Shown here: one piece after another, positions 10,069 through 23,579 of the stretch
Position numbering within the stretch: position 1 is the first letter of the stretch
Layout: each line of letters starts with the position of its first letter
From: an uncultured Clostridia bacterium
GTDB taxonomy: Bacteria > Bacillota > Clostridia > TANB77 > CAG-508
NCBI GenBank assembly: GCA_947599825.1
Contig: CANQFS010000002.1
Location: 8,669-72,668, forward strand
Direction of reading: 5' to 3'
Length of the DNA: 64,000 nt
Position numbers and translations under genes: made by a program
The notes under the pieces: generated by a model
Databases searched by the model: none
What the model saw: the letters and a program-made list of their open reading frames with translations, nothing else
Told to the model about the DNA's origin: nothing

Positions 10069-10419
10069 TTATGCATTTTTAGGATTTATTTTTTCAATTT
10101 TTATTTTATAATTACTAATTGATTCTTTTAAATTGCTTATTTGCTTTTTATATAATTTTCTTAATTCTTTTTGCTCTTCTACAGATATATCTTCTTCTTT
10201 TATTTTATCATTTCTTATTAAATATTGTAATTCTCTTAACCTATCAAATGATACTATTTCTCCTATTTTTATTCTAGAAGAAAAATCTTCTCTTGCATAT
10301 ACTTCTTTACTATCATATTCTTGTTGCACTTCATATTTATTATTTCGTCTTAGAAAAAAATTTAATATCTTAGTAAAAAGATTTTCTTTTTTTGCTACTA
10401 ATTGATTTTCACTTTTCAT
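10069..10419 (-). CDS. Hypothetical protein
   Basis: A 116-aa ORF translationally coupled to the upstream 647-aa ORF through an ATGA overlap. Confidence 0.5.
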   Translation of the reverse strand: MKSENQLVAKKENLFTKILNFFLRRNNKYEVQQEYDSKEVYAREDFSSRIKIGEIVSFDRLRELQYLIRNDKIKEEDISVEEQKELRKLYKKQISNLKESISNYKIKIEKINPKNA

Positions 10420-12359
10420 ATTTTCTCTCCTTTTTGATCACTTAATAAATCTAATTCATTAAATTTATCTCTTAATTGACTTTCTTTTTCTTCTAGTCTT
10501 GCTTTTCTACTATCTAATTCTTTAAGACTTGGTTCTCTATCTTCTTTTGCTTCTTGATACTCATTAATCATATCTAATTCTTCTTCTAATGTGCTAACTC
10601 TAAAACTTTCTTTTATTTTTTTATAAAAGGCTATTCTATTTTTTATTTTTTCTTTTTTCTCTTGCAATTTTTTTGGTATAGCATTTAAAATTTCTTTGTC
10701 CCATCCACCTTTTTTAGATATAATTCCATCTTCTACTTCTATTGATATTTCTCCATTATTAGAAAACATTGAATGCATATTGCTATTTCCATTTTTAGAT
10801 ATTCCTAATAATGTATATATTCCCTTTTCATTAAATTTACTATTAAAGCTAAAAGCTGAAGATTCATCTTCACTTGTAATCTCTGCATAATGTGATAAAA
10901 TATACCTTTTCAATTTATTTCTCATAACTTCAGTTTCTTCTATAGCATTTGTATCTATATATCCTTTTTCTCCTAATTCATTTATATACGCTTCTGCTAT
11001 CATATTAGTAAATTGTATTTGTTCAGTTGGTATTTCTTTGTCTATACCATTAGATCTTTCATATCTTATTATCATATTTCTGTTTTGATATAGTCTATCT
11101 AATTCAGTTGGAATATTACTTTCATCTGGCCATTCTCCAATCTCATGTTTTGTTTTATCCCATTCTTTCCAAAGCTCACTTTTTTTATCTCTTGCATATT
11201 TTACATATCTTTCTTGCATATATTTTTGCTTATCTATTTTTCCAAATTTGTTTGAATCATATTTACTCTTTTTTGAAAACATTTTAAGTTCATCTATTAA
11301 TTCTTGCTTTTTTTGTGCCTTTTCTTCTGCTGACATATCTGAATTTTTAATTGAACTTATTTGAGTTGTATATGTATCTAATAATGCTTGTTGCCTTTGT
11401 TCTTCTTCAAATTCATTTTCAAAAGCTAATTTTACATCTTCTGGAATTTTATCTTCTTGTTGTTTTATTTGTTCAGCAATTTTCTGTTTTTCTTTAAATC
11501 TATATTTATCTGTCATATATAAATATTCATTTTCTTCAAATTCACTATAAACAACTGCATATTGTCCTTTATATGCAGTTGTAGTGGTTTTACTTGGAAA
11601 AACTGAACGTATATCAAAAAATCCCATTGTTCCAGATTTGGTTTTTTCCATACTACAATATGCATCAATAAGTTCACTACTTGGATCCCAATCCATACTT
11701 ATACTAGCTCCTGTAAAAGAGTTATAACTTCTGTTTATAGATTTTAAGATACTTTTCCTAAAATTTTCTTCACTTTCTTTACTTAAATCTGGCTTTTTAG
11801 CTTTTACACCTCTTAACCAAAATTGTACAATAGATTCTTTTATTTTGTTGTCTTCTTTTTCTGTTTCTATAGTTTCATCTATGGCTTGAAAAAATTTCTT
11901 TGTTTCTTCTGTGTTAATATCGCTTTTTGCCATATCAACTGACTTTTTAGTAGTTTCTTCTAAAAAGTCCTTTTTACCTTCTATTGCATAAGATAATAAC
12001 TCTTCTGCTGTAGCATCAAATAATAATTGATTTATAACTATATCTTTTATTTCTTTTGGCATATTTTCATTAATTGATATCAATGTATCAAGTACTGATT
12101 TGTTGCTAGAATCAAATAATTTTAATGTGGATTTCTTTGCACATAAAATATATGCATTTTTCTCCTCATCTGATAAGCCCCATAATTCTCTTTTTTCTTC
12201 TAATTGCTCTTTTGAAAACATATTTTTAGATTCATAAGTTTTTTCTGCAATAGAATATGCAAATGTCAATAAATCTTCTTTTGACATTTTTTCTAATATA
12301 TCTTTTTTTCTTTTATCGATTAATTCCTCATCATACAATTCTTCATATTCTTTGTCCAT
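10416..12359 (-). CDS. Hypothetical coiled-coil protein (E/K-rich)
   Basis: A 647-aa ORF with no recognisable catalytic motif. Confidence 0.5.
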   Translation of the reverse strand: MDKEYEELYDEELIDKRKKDILEKMSKEDLLTFAYSIAEKTYESKNMFSKEQLEEKRELWGLSDEEKNAYILCAKKSTLKLFDSSNKSVLDTLISINENMPKEIKDIVINQLLFDATAEELLSYAIEGKKDFLEETTKKSVDMAKSDINTEETKKFFQAIDETIETEKEDNKIKESIVQFWLRGVKAKKPDLSKESEENFRKSILKSINRSYNSFTGASISMDWDPSSELIDAYCSMEKTKSGTMGFFDIRSVFPSKTTTTAYKGQYAVVYSEFEENEYLYMTDKYRFKEKQKIAEQIKQQEDKIPEDVKLAFENEFEEEQRQQALLDTYTTQISSIKNSDMSAEEKAQKKQELIDELKMFSKKSKYDSNKFGKIDKQKYMQERYVKYARDKKSELWKEWDKTKHEIGEWPDESNIPTELDRLYQNRNMIIRYERSNGIDKEIPTEQIQFTNMIAEAYINELGEKGYIDTNAIEETEVMRNKLKRYILSHYAEITSEDESSAFSFNSKFNEKGIYTLLGISKNGNSNMHSMFSNNGEISIEVEDGIISKKGGWDKEILNAIPKKLQEKKEKIKNRIAFYKKIKESFRVSTLEEELDMINEYQEAKEDREPSLKELDSRKARLEEKESQLRDKFNELDLLSDQKGEKI

Positions 12360-12537
12360 ATAAATATTTCTCCTTCAAATTTAATTATGTAATTAATTTA
12401 TCATACATCTTTGTAATATTCAATCGTTGTAATAAAAAAATATTATATTTGTTATTGTCTTGTAATATTCTTTAATTTTGAGTTACTATTATCAATGAAT
12501 AGTCGTGAAAATATGAAAAAAACAAATTTAGAAAAAA

Positions 12538-12560
12538 AGATTTGGAATTCCTCCAAATCT
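12538..12560 (-). terminator. Terminator hairpin
   Basis: The sequence agatttgga-attcc-tccaaatct, flanked by an A-run and a T-run. Confidence 0.5.
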
Positions 12561-12566
12561 TTTTTT

Positions 12567-13046
12567 CTAAATAAACCATAATAAAATGACTGCAGCAATC
12601 ATTGTTGCTAAACCTCTTTCTGGATCAGATACTTTCTGCTCTTCGCTTACATGTTGTTCTTCTACAACATTTTCATCTACAATATCTACTACTGCTTTAT
12701 CTACTCTATTAAAATTAAAACGAACTTCAAATTCTTTTTCTTCTTTTGCTTCTATTTTATCTATTTTTATGTATTTTGTTCCCATTAAAATATTATTTTT
12801 TGAATAACATTCTATTTTTATGTATTTATTTTCTATTTTATTTTCTGTTTGATTTATAACTTTTCCCTTTGCGAAGCCATTTACCGAGGTTGCTTGTACT
12901 TCTATTTGCATAGGAATAGTTGTTTTGCTTTCTACACTTTTATATTTATAAGTTGTATTTATTGCAAAATAAATTATAATTTGTGAAAATAGAAAGAAAC
13001 CTAAAACAAGTAAAAAATAGATAAAAAATGTTTTTACTCTTGCCAT
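12567..13046 (-). CDS. Hypothetical membrane-anchored protein
   Basis: An N-terminal TM helix, a beta-rich ectodomain and a C-terminal TM helix. Confidence 0.5.
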   Translation of the reverse strand: MARVKTFFIYFLLVLGFFLFSQIIIYFAINTTYKYKSVESKTTIPMQIEVQATSVNGFAKGKVINQTENKIENKYIKIECYSKNNILMGTKYIKIDKIEAKEEKEFEVRFNFNRVDKAVVDIVDENVVEEQHVSEEQKVSDPERGLATMIAAVILLWFI

Positions 13047-13069
13047 ATTTAATTCTCCATTCTATTTTT

Positions 13070-13726
13070 TTACATCTTTCTAAATACGCCTGCTACTTTT
13101 CCTAAAATTTCACAGTTTGGCACAATAATTGGATCCATAGTGCTGTTTTCTGGTTGAAGACGAATATGGTCTTTTTCTTTATAAAAGGTTTTTACAGTTG
13201 CTTCATCTCCAATTAATGCTACTACAATTTCTCCATTATTTGCTACATTTTGTTTTTTTACTAAAATATAATCTCCATTTAAAATGCCCGCTTCTATCAT
13301 ACTTTCGCCACGAACAGTAAGCATAAAGCTTTCACTGTTTCCAACAAAATCGATTGGAATTGGGAAAGTATCTGTAATATTTTCTACTGCTAAAATTGGC
13401 TCTCCTGCTGTAATTTTACCAATGACTGGTACTTCTACCATTTCTCTACCAGAATAGAAAGATTTATCTTCTTTCTTCTTTGTAGTATTGTCTGCACCTT
13501 TTAATAGACGTAAAGTTCTACCTTTTTGGTCTTCTTTCTTAATATAACCTTTTTCTACTAATTTTGCTAAATAGCCATGTACAGTTGCTGTAGAATTTAG
13601 ACCTACTGCTTTTCCTATTTCTCTAACAGATGGTGGATAGCCTTTTGCATCTACTTGTTTTTCAATAAATTTTAGAATTGCTTTTTCTCTCTTGTTTAAT
13701 TCCATAGGATCTTTTTTGGTTCTCAT
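13070..13726 (-). CDS. lexA: LexA repressor
   Basis: An N-terminal winged HTH and a C-terminal S24 peptidase region (VRGESM...GDEATVKTF). Confidence 0.85.
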   Translation of the reverse strand: MRTKKDPMELNKREKAILKFIEKQVDAKGYPPSVREIGKAVGLNSTATVHGYLAKLVEKGYIKKEDQKGRTLRLLKGADNTTKKKEDKSFYSGREMVEVPVIGKITAGEPILAVENITDTFPIPIDFVGNSESFMLTVRGESMIEAGILNGDYILVKKQNVANNGEIVVALIGDEATVKTFYKEKDHIRLQPENSTMDPIIVPNCEILGKVAGVFRKM

Positions 13727-13747
13727 TTACACATCACTCCTAATTTT

Positions 13748-13775
13748 TTTGTTTATCATATCATAAAAACAAACG
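13748..13775 (-). promoter_or_regulatory. lexA promoter with an overlapping palindrome (candidate SOS operator)
   Basis: The minus strand reads TTGACA-17-TATGAT. The inverted repeat TTTGTTT-N12-AAACAAA overlaps the -10 element. Confidence 0.35.
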
Positions 13776-13895
13776 ATTGTCAAACAAAAGTTTTAATTTT
13801 TTGAAATTTTTTTATTATACTATAAAAAGTGACTAAAAATTCTACGTCAATTTCAATTTCTTCAATGATAGACTTTTCTAAAATATAAAAAACAA

Positions 13896-13940
13896 GCCTA
13901 AGATTTTCTTAAAATTTCCATTTGCTAGAAAATCTTAGGC
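13896..13940 (-). terminator. obg terminator; one copy of a dispersed palindromic element
   Basis: The stem gcctaagattttct/agaaaatcttaggc, with a U-run on the minus strand. Similar copies occur at 23365 and 51755. Confidence 0.55.
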
Positions 13941-13987
13941 TCACCATATTTATTTAGTAAGAAAGCCAAGATAAAATTTTTGCTTTT

Positions 13988-16413
<2,426 letters not shown>

Positions 16414-16572
16414 AGTATTTTCCTCCTGTTTTATAAAATTTGTTCAAATTTTTCTTCTAGTTTTTTAAATTCTTTTATATATTTTGTTTTTATATTATGA
16501 TATATTTTTCTTGATGTTGCTTCTTCCAATTTTGTATATGCATTTTTATAATCTGTTTTTCTTTCTTGAAAC

Positions 16573-16890
16573 CTACTCATATTTTTTGCCCTCTCTTTCA
16601 ATTGAATTTAAAAGTTCTTCTTTTGTAATATCTTGTATAAAAAGTAAGTCTATGGAATAAGGAATATCTAATAAATCAAATTCATTTTTCAAATTAATTT
16701 TTTCTTTTTCTTTTATACAATTTTCCACTACAATATCAATATCAAAATTTGTTTTATAGTCTCCTCTGGCTCTAGAGCCAAATATTTTGAATTGATAATT
16801 TTTATGTTTTTCAACTATATTCTTTATTTTATGATATGTTTGCTCTGATAATCCATATTTCATTTTTTCCACCTTTTTCCTCTTTTTCAT
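16573..16890 (-). CDS. Nucleotidyltransferase-domain protein (MNT-like, Pol-beta superfamily)
   Basis: The motif GSRARGDYKTNFDIDIVV. Confidence 0.65.
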   Translation of the reverse strand: MKKRKKVEKMKYGLSEQTYHKIKNIVEKHKNYQFKIFGSRARGDYKTNFDIDIVVENCIKEKEKINLKNEFDLLDIPYSIDLLFIQDITKEELLNSIEREGKKYE

Positions 16891-16987
16891 TATAACTAAT
16901 TTTGGTATTTTTTACAAGTACATTCCTAAAAGTTTACTAAATAGAATTTTTTATTTGTATAATCAGTATAAGTTTCTTTTGAGATGA

Positions 16988-17018
16988 TAGCAAAATAAAA
17001 AGACTATCATTTAAGATA
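16988..17018 (-). terminator. rpmA terminator
   Basis: The imperfect hairpin aagactatc-attta-gatagcctt followed by a U-run. Confidence 0.4.
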
Positions 17019-17027
17019 GCCTTTTAT

Positions 17028-17297
17028 TTATGCTTGTGCTTCCTCTACGGGATAAACACTAACTTTTTTCTTATCTTTGCCAAGTCTTTCGAATTTTACA
17101 TTTCCGTTTACTAGAGCAAATAGAGTATCATCGCTTCCGATTCCTACATTTGTTCCTGGATGGAATTTGGTTCCTCTTTGTCTAACTAGAATATTTCCGG
17201 CAAGTACAAATTGACCATCTGCTCTTTTTAGTCCAAGACGTTTTGATTCACTATCTCTACCGTTCTTAACACTACCTTGACCTTTCTTATGAGCCAT
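17028..17297 (-). CDS. rpmA: 50S ribosomal protein L27
   Basis: Starts [16 protein letters not shown]. There is no N-terminal propeptide extension. Confidence 0.9.
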   Translation of the reverse strand: MAHKKGQGSVKNGRDSESKRLGLKRADGQFVLAGNILVRQRGTKFHPGTNVGIGSDDTLFALVNGNVKFERLGKDKKKVSVYPVEEAQA

Positions 17298-17341
17298 GTT
17301 TTTTCACTCCCTTCTTATAGGTTACTTGTTCTCTTTATTTT

Positions 17342-17812
17342 TTAAGCTTCTACTTTTTCTGTTTTTGTTGTAGTTGCTTTTTTAGTTGTTGTTGTTTTAG
17401 CTGTAGTTTCTTTTTTTGCAGTTGCTACCTTTGCACTTGCAGTTTTTGTAGTAGCTTTTTCTTCGCTAGCTGCTACTTCTGCTTTTGCAGTAGTTTCTTT
17501 TCCTGCTGATATTTTAGTAATTTCTACTTTGGTAAATGGTTGTCTATGTCCTTGTGTTCTTCTATAGTTTTTCTTTGCTTTGTATTTGTAAACAATAATT
17601 TTCTTTCCCTTACCATGTTCTAGAACTTTACCTTCTACTTTAACACCTTTTACATAAGGAGCACCAACTTCTACTTTTTTGTCATCAGATACTAGAACAA
17701 CGTTATCAAATGTAACTTTTTTACCTTCTTCTACATCTAATTTTTCAAAAAATACTACGTCTCCTTCTGCTACTTTGTATTGTTTTCCACAGCTTTCAAT
17801 GATTGCGTACAT
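17342..17812 (-). CDS. rplU: 50S ribosomal protein L21 with a K/T/A-rich C-terminal extension
   Basis: Starts [14 protein letters not shown]. The L21 core is followed by a low-complexity tail of about 55 aa. Confidence 0.85.
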   Translation of the reverse strand: MYAIIESCGKQYKVAEGDVVFFEKLDVEEGKKVTFDNVVLVSDDKKVEVGAPYVKGVKVEGKVLEHGKGKKIIVYKYKAKKNYRRTQGHRQPFTKVEITKISAGKETTAKAEVAASEEKATTKTASAKVATAKKETTAKTTTTKKATTTKTEKVEA

Positions 17813-17917
17813 ATAGTACACCTCCTCTTATTTGCAATACTCGCTAAGCATAAAATACTAGGCAGCTAACATATTTGTTAGCATTTTAGGCCCGACTCAG
17901 GCGGCTTACAAGTTAAT

Positions 17918-17946
17918 ATTTTAACATATTTATCCTGTTTTGTCAA
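17918..17946 (-). promoter_or_regulatory. rplU promoter, followed by a structured leader of about 95 nt
   Basis: The minus strand reads TTGACA-17-TAAAAT. The leader (17822-17915) contains GCCGCCTGAGTCGGGCC and a hairpin, and may be an L21-leader-like element. Confidence 0.45.
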
Positions 17947-18050
17947 CGATTATTAGCAAATTTTACAAAAACAGTATAGCATTTTCATATTCTTTTAATT
18001 TAAGCTTCCGTTTTGATATTTTTTCTTTATATCTATTATAACACTAAATG

Positions 18051-18764
18051 TCAACAAATTTTATATAATTTAAAATCTAAATAATCACTGCTAATTAATT
18101 TGAAATTGATGCCTTCTATATTTCCTTCTATAGCTTCTTTGTGGGAAGCACCATGCAAATGCCCATAGTAGCAAGTTCTAATATGATATTGTTTTAATAA
18201 ATCTAAAAATTTAGAGTCATAAATATATTCATTCTTTTTGCAAGAATTTGATAGTGGTGGATAATGCATAATGGCTATTATTTCTTTTTCTTCTCCATAT
18301 TTTTCTATAGCACTTTTAATAGATAGTTCTAAGCGAGAAACTTCTCTTGCAATCATTTTTTTACTATTTTCTGAATCAAGCAAAGCCCAGCCTCTTGTTC
18401 CTACAAAAATTTTATTTTCTATTTCAAAACTATTGTTAAATAAAAAATCCACATTTTCAATTTTATTTTCTTCTAAAAAACGTTTCATAGCGGTAACTGT
18501 CGTCCACCAATAGTCATGGTTTCCTTTTAATAAAATTTTTCTTCCTGGCAAAGTATTTAAAAATTCAAAATCTTTTTTTGCTTCTTCTAAATAAGTAGCC
18601 CATGAAAAATCACCAGCAAGAATAACAGTATCTTCTGGTTTTACTTTTTTTAACCAGTCTTCTTTTATTTTGTTAGCATGTCCTTCCCAGTTTGGTCCAA
18701 ATATATCCATTGGCTTATCTTCTGAAAAGGACAAATGTAAATCTCCTATAATATAGATTGACAT
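18051..18764 (-). CDS. Metallophosphoesterase
   Basis: The motifs GDLHLS, GDFS and GNHDYWW. Confidence 0.75.
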   Translation of the reverse strand: MSIYIIGDLHLSFSEDKPMDIFGPNWEGHANKIKEDWLKKVKPEDTVILAGDFSWATYLEEAKKDFEFLNTLPGRKILLKGNHDYWWTTVTAMKRFLEENKIENVDFLFNNSFEIENKIFVGTRGWALLDSENSKKMIAREVSRLELSIKSAIEKYGEEKEIIAIMHYPPLSNSCKKNEYIYDSKFLDLLKQYHIRTCYYGHLHGASHKEAIEGNIEGINFKLISSDYLDFKLYKIC

Positions 18765-18818
18765 ATTTGTTCTCCGTTTTTCATAAAAAGTGTATTTTGA
18801 TTGTAATGATATTATTTT

Positions 18819-19817
18819 TTAATTTTCACTTATTTTCAAATTTGGTATGGCATTTAGTTCTAGGTTGGAAGTAATGCCATTTATAAAGTTATAGTAACCT
18901 GCTGAAGCTATCATAGCAGCATTGTCTGTGCATAATATTGGTTCTGGATAATAGATTTTCATTTTATGTGTTTGTTCTAATTCTAAAAATCTACTTCTAA
19001 TATAACTATTTGCAGATACTCCTCCTGCCAATGCAATGGTGTTTATTTTAAGGCTTTCTGCTGCTTTTAGTGCGTTATTTACAATTACATCGGTTACTGC
19101 TTTTTCAAAGCTTGCTGCTAAGTCTGCCTTGTTTATGTCTGGCGTTTTATGATGCAAATTGATTACCGCTGTTTTTATTCCACTGAAACTAAAGTCTAAG
19201 TTTTCAAAATAGGTTTGTGGTAGTTTTATATTTGGCGTTCCTTGTTTTGCAAGTTTATCTATTTTTGGTCCACCTGGATAGCCTAAATCTATTACTCTTG
19301 CTACTTTGTCAAATGCTTCTCCAATAGCATCGTCTCTTGTTTTTCCTAATATTTCAAATTCTTTATAGTCTTTTATATGTACTAAATGCGTGTGTCCCCC
19401 TGAAATAATTAAGCACAAAAATGGTGGTTTTAGGTCTTTATGCGTAATATAATTTGCTGCAATATGCCCCTCTATGTGGTTTGTTGCAACAAGTGGAATA
19501 TTGCTTGCATAACTTAAGGCTTTTGCATAAGATACCCCAACTAAAAGTGCTCCTACTAACCCAGGGCCATAGGTACAGCTAATTGCATCTATTTGCTCTA
19601 ATTTCATGTCCGCTTCTTCTAATGCTTTTTTTGTTACATTTGAAATAGCTTCTACGTGATTACGCGAAGCTATTTCTGGTACTACTCCTCCAAATTTTTC
19701 ATGAATTGGAACTTGTGAACTGATTACATTTGATAAGACTTCTCTTCCATTTTTTACTACAGCTACAGATGTTTCGTCGCAGCTTGATTCAATTCCTAGT
19801 ATGTATATATCCTTCAT
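18819..19817 (-). CDS. tsaD: tRNA N6-adenosine threonylcarbamoyltransferase TsaD
   Basis: The Kae1/YgjD N-terminus [16 protein letters not shown], and 332 aa. Confidence 0.9.
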   Translation of the reverse strand: MKDIYILGIESSCDETSVAVVKNGREVLSNVISSQVPIHEKFGGVVPEIASRNHVEAISNVTKKALEEADMKLEQIDAISCTYGPGLVGALLVGVSYAKALSYASNIPLVATNHIEGHIAANYITHKDLKPPFLCLIISGGHTHLVHIKDYKEFEILGKTRDDAIGEAFDKVARVIDLGYPGGPKIDKLAKQGTPNIKLPQTYFENLDFSFSGIKTAVINLHHKTPDINKADLAASFEKAVTDVIVNNALKAAESLKINTIALAGGVSANSYIRSRFLELEQTHKMKIYYPEPILCTDNAAMIASAGYYNFINGITSNLELNAIPNLKISEN

Positions 19818-19918
19818 TTCTTTTTCCTTCTCTTTTTAATTACCCCTATTCCTTATTTTTCCTAAAGTTTAGATTTTCTTAGCCTTTTATTACTTAAGAT
19901 ATTTTTATTCCGCTTTTT

Positions 19919-20665
19919 TTACATCATAAACATAAAAAATATTGAACCAACTAATTTTGTAATTCCTTGATATACTAAATTTATTATTGGTGAGATGATA
20001 GTTCCTGTAAGCCCTGTAATCCATAATACCACAAAAACAATATAAAATATTTGTGAATAACGTGCAAACCATTCTTTTGCATTATATGGTAAGAAATGAT
20101 TTAGTATTTTAGAACCATCTAATGGTGGAAGTGGTATTAAATTGAAAACTCCTAGTCCTACATTGATGATAATAGTTATTTGTATTAAGCTTAAAATAAT
20201 GCTTCCTAATTGTGTAAAAGTAAATGAATATGCAAATGTTATGATTGCAAAATACACAATGGAAAATATAATTGCTAAAAGTAAATTCATAGCTGGACCT
20301 GCAATAGAAACAATTGCTTCTCCTGCTGTCATACTAATATTACGTTTGAAGTTTCTAGGGTCTATTTCAACTGGTTTTCCCCAACCAAATCCTGCAAATA
20401 CTAACATAATAGAGCCAATTGGGTCTAAATGAGCAAGTGGATTTAGGCTTAATCTTCCTTGTCTTCTTGGAGTGTCATCTCCTAGCCTATCTGCTGCAAA
20501 GGCATGTGCATATTCATGAAAGGTAATGGCAATTAAAACAGCAGGTAATGTTAATACTAAATTAAGTAATGCATTTGTGTCATTTAAATATCTTCCTAAT
20601 GACATGATTACTAAAATTGCCATTATTATATATAATGTTCTTCTATCCATTCCAAATTGAAACAT
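19919..20665 (-). CDS. M50 family (site-2 protease-like) zinc metalloprotease
   Basis: An HEYAH motif within a TM helix. The protein is polytopic. Confidence 0.7.
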   Translation of the reverse strand: MFQFGMDRRTLYIIMAILVIMSLGRYLNDTNALLNLVLTLPAVLIAITFHEYAHAFAADRLGDDTPRRQGRLSLNPLAHLDPIGSIMLVFAGFGWGKPVEIDPRNFKRNISMTAGEAIVSIAGPAMNLLLAIIFSIVYFAIITFAYSFTFTQLGSIILSLIQITIIINVGLGVFNLIPLPPLDGSKILNHFLPYNAKEWFARYSQIFYIVFVVLWITGLTGTIISPIINLVYQGITKLVGSIFFMFMM

Positions 20666-20684
20666 ATTTTACCTCTTTTCTAAA

Positions 20685-22175
20685 TTAGTTTAGTGGCTTC
20701 ATAGTTGGGAATAATAAGACATCTCTTATTGATGCAGAGTCTGTTAAAAGCATAACTAAACGGTCTACTCCTATTCCTAATCCTCCTGTTGGTGGCATTC
20801 CATATTCTAATGCATTGACAAAGTCTTCGTCCATCATGTTTGCTTCTTCGTCTCCTGCATTTCTTGCTTCTACTTGTTTTTTGAATCTTTCATATTGGTC
20901 GATTGGATCATTTAGTTCAGAATAAGCATTTCCATATTCTCTAGTTCCAATAAATACTTCAAAGCGCTCTGTTAAACGTGGATCTGATGGTTTTCTTTTG
21001 GTTAATGGAGAAACTTCTACTGGATAATCGTAAATAAAGGTTGGTTGAATTAAGGTTTCCTCTACTTTTGCTTCAAATACTTGATTTATAATTTCTCCTC
21101 TTGTTAATTTTAGTTCATCTAGTTCTACATTTAAACTTTTTGCTGCTTTTTTTGCTTCTTCATCTGTTTCAATTTCGTTAAAATCTACTCCTGTTACTTC
21201 TTTAATGCTATCTATCATAGAAATTCTTTTCCATGATGGTGTTAAGTCAATTTCTGTTCCTTGGTAAGTTATTTTTGTTGTTCCTAATACTTTTAGAGCT
21301 ACTTTTGAAATAATTTCTTCAGTAATATCCATCATATCATTGTAATCTTCATAAGCAGAATATAACTCAATATTTGTAAATTCAGGATTGTGCTTAATAT
21401 CCATTCCTTCATTACGGAACATTCTACCCATTTCATATACTTTATCAAAACCGCCAACTATAAGTCTTTTTAAGTATAATTCATTTGCAATTCTTAAATA
21501 CATATCCATGTCTAAGGTGTTGTGATGTGTAATAAATGGCCTTGCTGCTGCTCCTCCGGCAATGGTATTTAATATTGGGGTTTCTACTTCTAAATAACCT
21601 TTTTCATTTAGTATGTTTTTAATTTCTTGTAAAATTTGAATTCTTTTTAAGAACGTATCTTTTACTTCTGGATTCATAATTAAATCTACATATCTTTGAC
21701 GATAACGTAAGTCTGTATCTTTTAAACCATGGTATTTTTCAGGAAGTGGTCTTAAAGATTTTGAAAGTAAAGTTACTTCTTTTGCATGAATAGAAATTTC
21801 ACCTGTTTTGGTTTTAAATACAAAACCAGTAATTCCAATAATATCTCCTATGTCATCTTCTTTAAATTGTTTGTAACTTTCTTCTCCTAGCTCGTTAATA
21901 CTAACGTAACTTTGAATTTTTCCATCTCCATCTTGAATATGGCAGAAAGATGCTTTTCCCATGATTCTTTTTGCCATAATTCTTCCTGCTACGGTTACGT
22001 CTTTTCCTTCTAATTCATCATAATTTTCTACAACTTGCTTACTTGTATGAGTACGATTGAATTTTGTAATAGTAAATGGATCTTTTCCCTCTTGTTTTAG
22101 TTTTTCTAATTTATCTTTTCTAATTTGTATTAGTTGATTTACATCTACTTCTAGTTCTTGATTTTGGTTTTCCAT
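20685..22175 (-). CDS. lysS: Lysine--tRNA ligase (class II)
   Basis: An OB anticodon-binding domain plus the class II motifs. The start was chosen at MENQNQ. Confidence 0.85.
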   Translation of the reverse strand: MENQNQELEVDVNQLIQIRKDKLEKLKQEGKDPFTITKFNRTHTSKQVVENYDELEGKDVTVAGRIMAKRIMGKASFCHIQDGDGKIQSYVSINELGEESYKQFKEDDIGDIIGITGFVFKTKTGEISIHAKEVTLLSKSLRPLPEKYHGLKDTDLRYRQRYVDLIMNPEVKDTFLKRIQILQEIKNILNEKGYLEVETPILNTIAGGAAARPFITHHNTLDMDMYLRIANELYLKRLIVGGFDKVYEMGRMFRNEGMDIKHNPEFTNIELYSAYEDYNDMMDITEEIISKVALKVLGTTKITYQGTEIDLTPSWKRISMIDSIKEVTGVDFNEIETDEEAKKAAKSLNVELDELKLTRGEIINQVFEAKVEETLIQPTFIYDYPVEVSPLTKRKPSDPRLTERFEVFIGTREYGNAYSELNDPIDQYERFKKQVEARNAGDEEANMMDEDFVNALEYGMPPTGGLGIGVDRLVMLLTDSASIRDVLLFPTMKPLN

Positions 22176-22488
22176 AATTACATTCATTCCTTTCAAGGCA
22201 TAAAACAATTTTCTAAATAATTACTATTTGGCAATTATTTAAAATTTTTTGCTCGCATTAATATATTTAGGTTTTTTATAAAGGCTCTACCTATAAACCT
22301 TTTACCATTTCTTACCTATGACATTATTTTTTTGACTCTAAGTAATGTTTTGATTTTTTACTTTTCTATTATATAGTATTTTTTCACAAAAGTAAACGAT
22401 ATTTCTTTATTTTTGTAATAAATCACTTGCTACGTTTTATTTTCTATAATAATTGTAACTATATGTGTTGGCTATTTTAGTAGTAAAA

Positions 22489-22521
22489 GGAGAAAGCAAG
22501 GAAATTGCATTTGCTTTCTCC
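22489..22521. terminator. Bidirectional terminator
   Basis: The stem GGAGAAAGCAA/TTGCTTTCTCC, T-rich on both sides. Confidence 0.6.
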
Positions 22522-22528
22522 TTGCTTT

Positions 22529-23206
22529 TTACTCTTCTTTTTCGTAAACATAGCATTCTAAATATTTCCGGCCAAACTCTAATGCTTTTTCATGAGTAGA
22601 CATGTAGACATCTAATTTTTCATCTGAAATTGCACCACCTCGGTCTTCTACTATGAACCACCCTTCATTTGGCATATCTGCTAAGTCTGGTATGTAAATA
22701 ATAGTTCCTAATTCGTATTTCTTACCAGCAGCAATAGTACACCATTCTGTTGCTTTTTTACCAGATGCTGTAATTCCATCTGTTTTATTGCAACATTTCT
22801 CACAAGGACAATAAGATGAAATATTGAATGTTCCTACTTCTGGAGTAATTCCATCAACATTGATTCCATAAGGCAATTCTTTTTCGATGTTTAACGATTC
22901 TACTTGTTCTTTTTCCTCTACTACTCTTGCTTGTTCTCTAACAAGTAATTCTTCAGGAACTTCCAAGGAATCAATATAGTTGTTAAACATTTCTCTTATA
23001 GATAATTGTGGTTCTTGATAAAGAGGAAGGTCTACTTGTGGATACTTTTCTTCTAAATTATGGATACTGATTTCTCCATATATTAGTACTATTAACGATA
23101 TAATTCCAATAATGGCTAAATATATTGTTAATAATTCTTTTACCCACTGAAGCATAAGTTCTTTAAAAAATGCATTTTGCTCTCTTCTTATTGCTGTTAT
23201 ATTCAT
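22529..23206 (-). CDS. 3D-domain cell-wall protein (YuiC/YabE-like)
   Basis: An N-terminal TM helix and a C-terminal 3D domain (TASGKKA...GTIIYIPD...EDRGGAI...LDVY). Confidence 0.65.
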   Translation of the reverse strand: MNITAIRREQNAFFKELMLQWVKELLTIYLAIIGIISLIVLIYGEISIHNLEEKYPQVDLPLYQEPQLSIREMFNNYIDSLEVPEELLVREQARVVEEKEQVESLNIEKELPYGINVDGITPEVGTFNISSYCPCEKCCNKTDGITASGKKATEWCTIAAGKKYELGTIIYIPDLADMPNEGWFIVEDRGGAISDEKLDVYMSTHEKALEFGRKYLECYVYEKEE

Positions 23207-23364
23207 TTTTTCTCCTTTTCTAAACCATATGTATGGTATTTATACTTCTTTTACCGGTTACTTCTTTTATTATACCATATTTTACATAACATTGCAAATG
23301 TGGTTAATCTACTCCTACTAAGCTTTTTATGAATTCTATTTTTCTTACAATAATTAAGCTAAAA

Positions 23365-23420
23365 AAAAGCGAGCCTAAGATTTTCTAACAAATGGAAATT
23401 TTAAGAAAATCTAAGGCTCG
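23365..23420 (-). repeat. Dispersed palindromic element (GCGAGCCTAAGATTTTCT...AGAAAATCTTAGGCTCGC)
   Basis: Nearly identical to the copy at 51755 and to the inverted copy at 13896. Confidence 0.55.
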
Positions 23421-23478
23421 CCATATTTATCGTCTGCGGAAAGTCCTCCTTCAAGGAGAACTTTCCTACTATATAAAA

Positions 23479-23520
23479 AAACTGTTATATAAATAGTCTG
23501 CCTATTTATATAACAGTTTC
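23479..23520 (-). terminator. Strong terminator of the SleB-like gene
   Basis: An 18-bp stem (aaactgttatataaatag/ctatttatataacagttt) followed by a U-run. Confidence 0.65.
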
Positions 23521-23579
23521 TTTTCTACTATTTTTTTGATGTAGAAATTGAGAATTTCATTTGATTTTAAGAATTTATT

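Noticed and set aside
16414-16572. A T-box riboswitch upstream of trpS, and also upstream of lysS at 22176-22488.
   Set aside because: No T-box conserved sequence (AGGGTGGNACCGCG) or specifier structure was found. The trpS leader is only about 160 nt.
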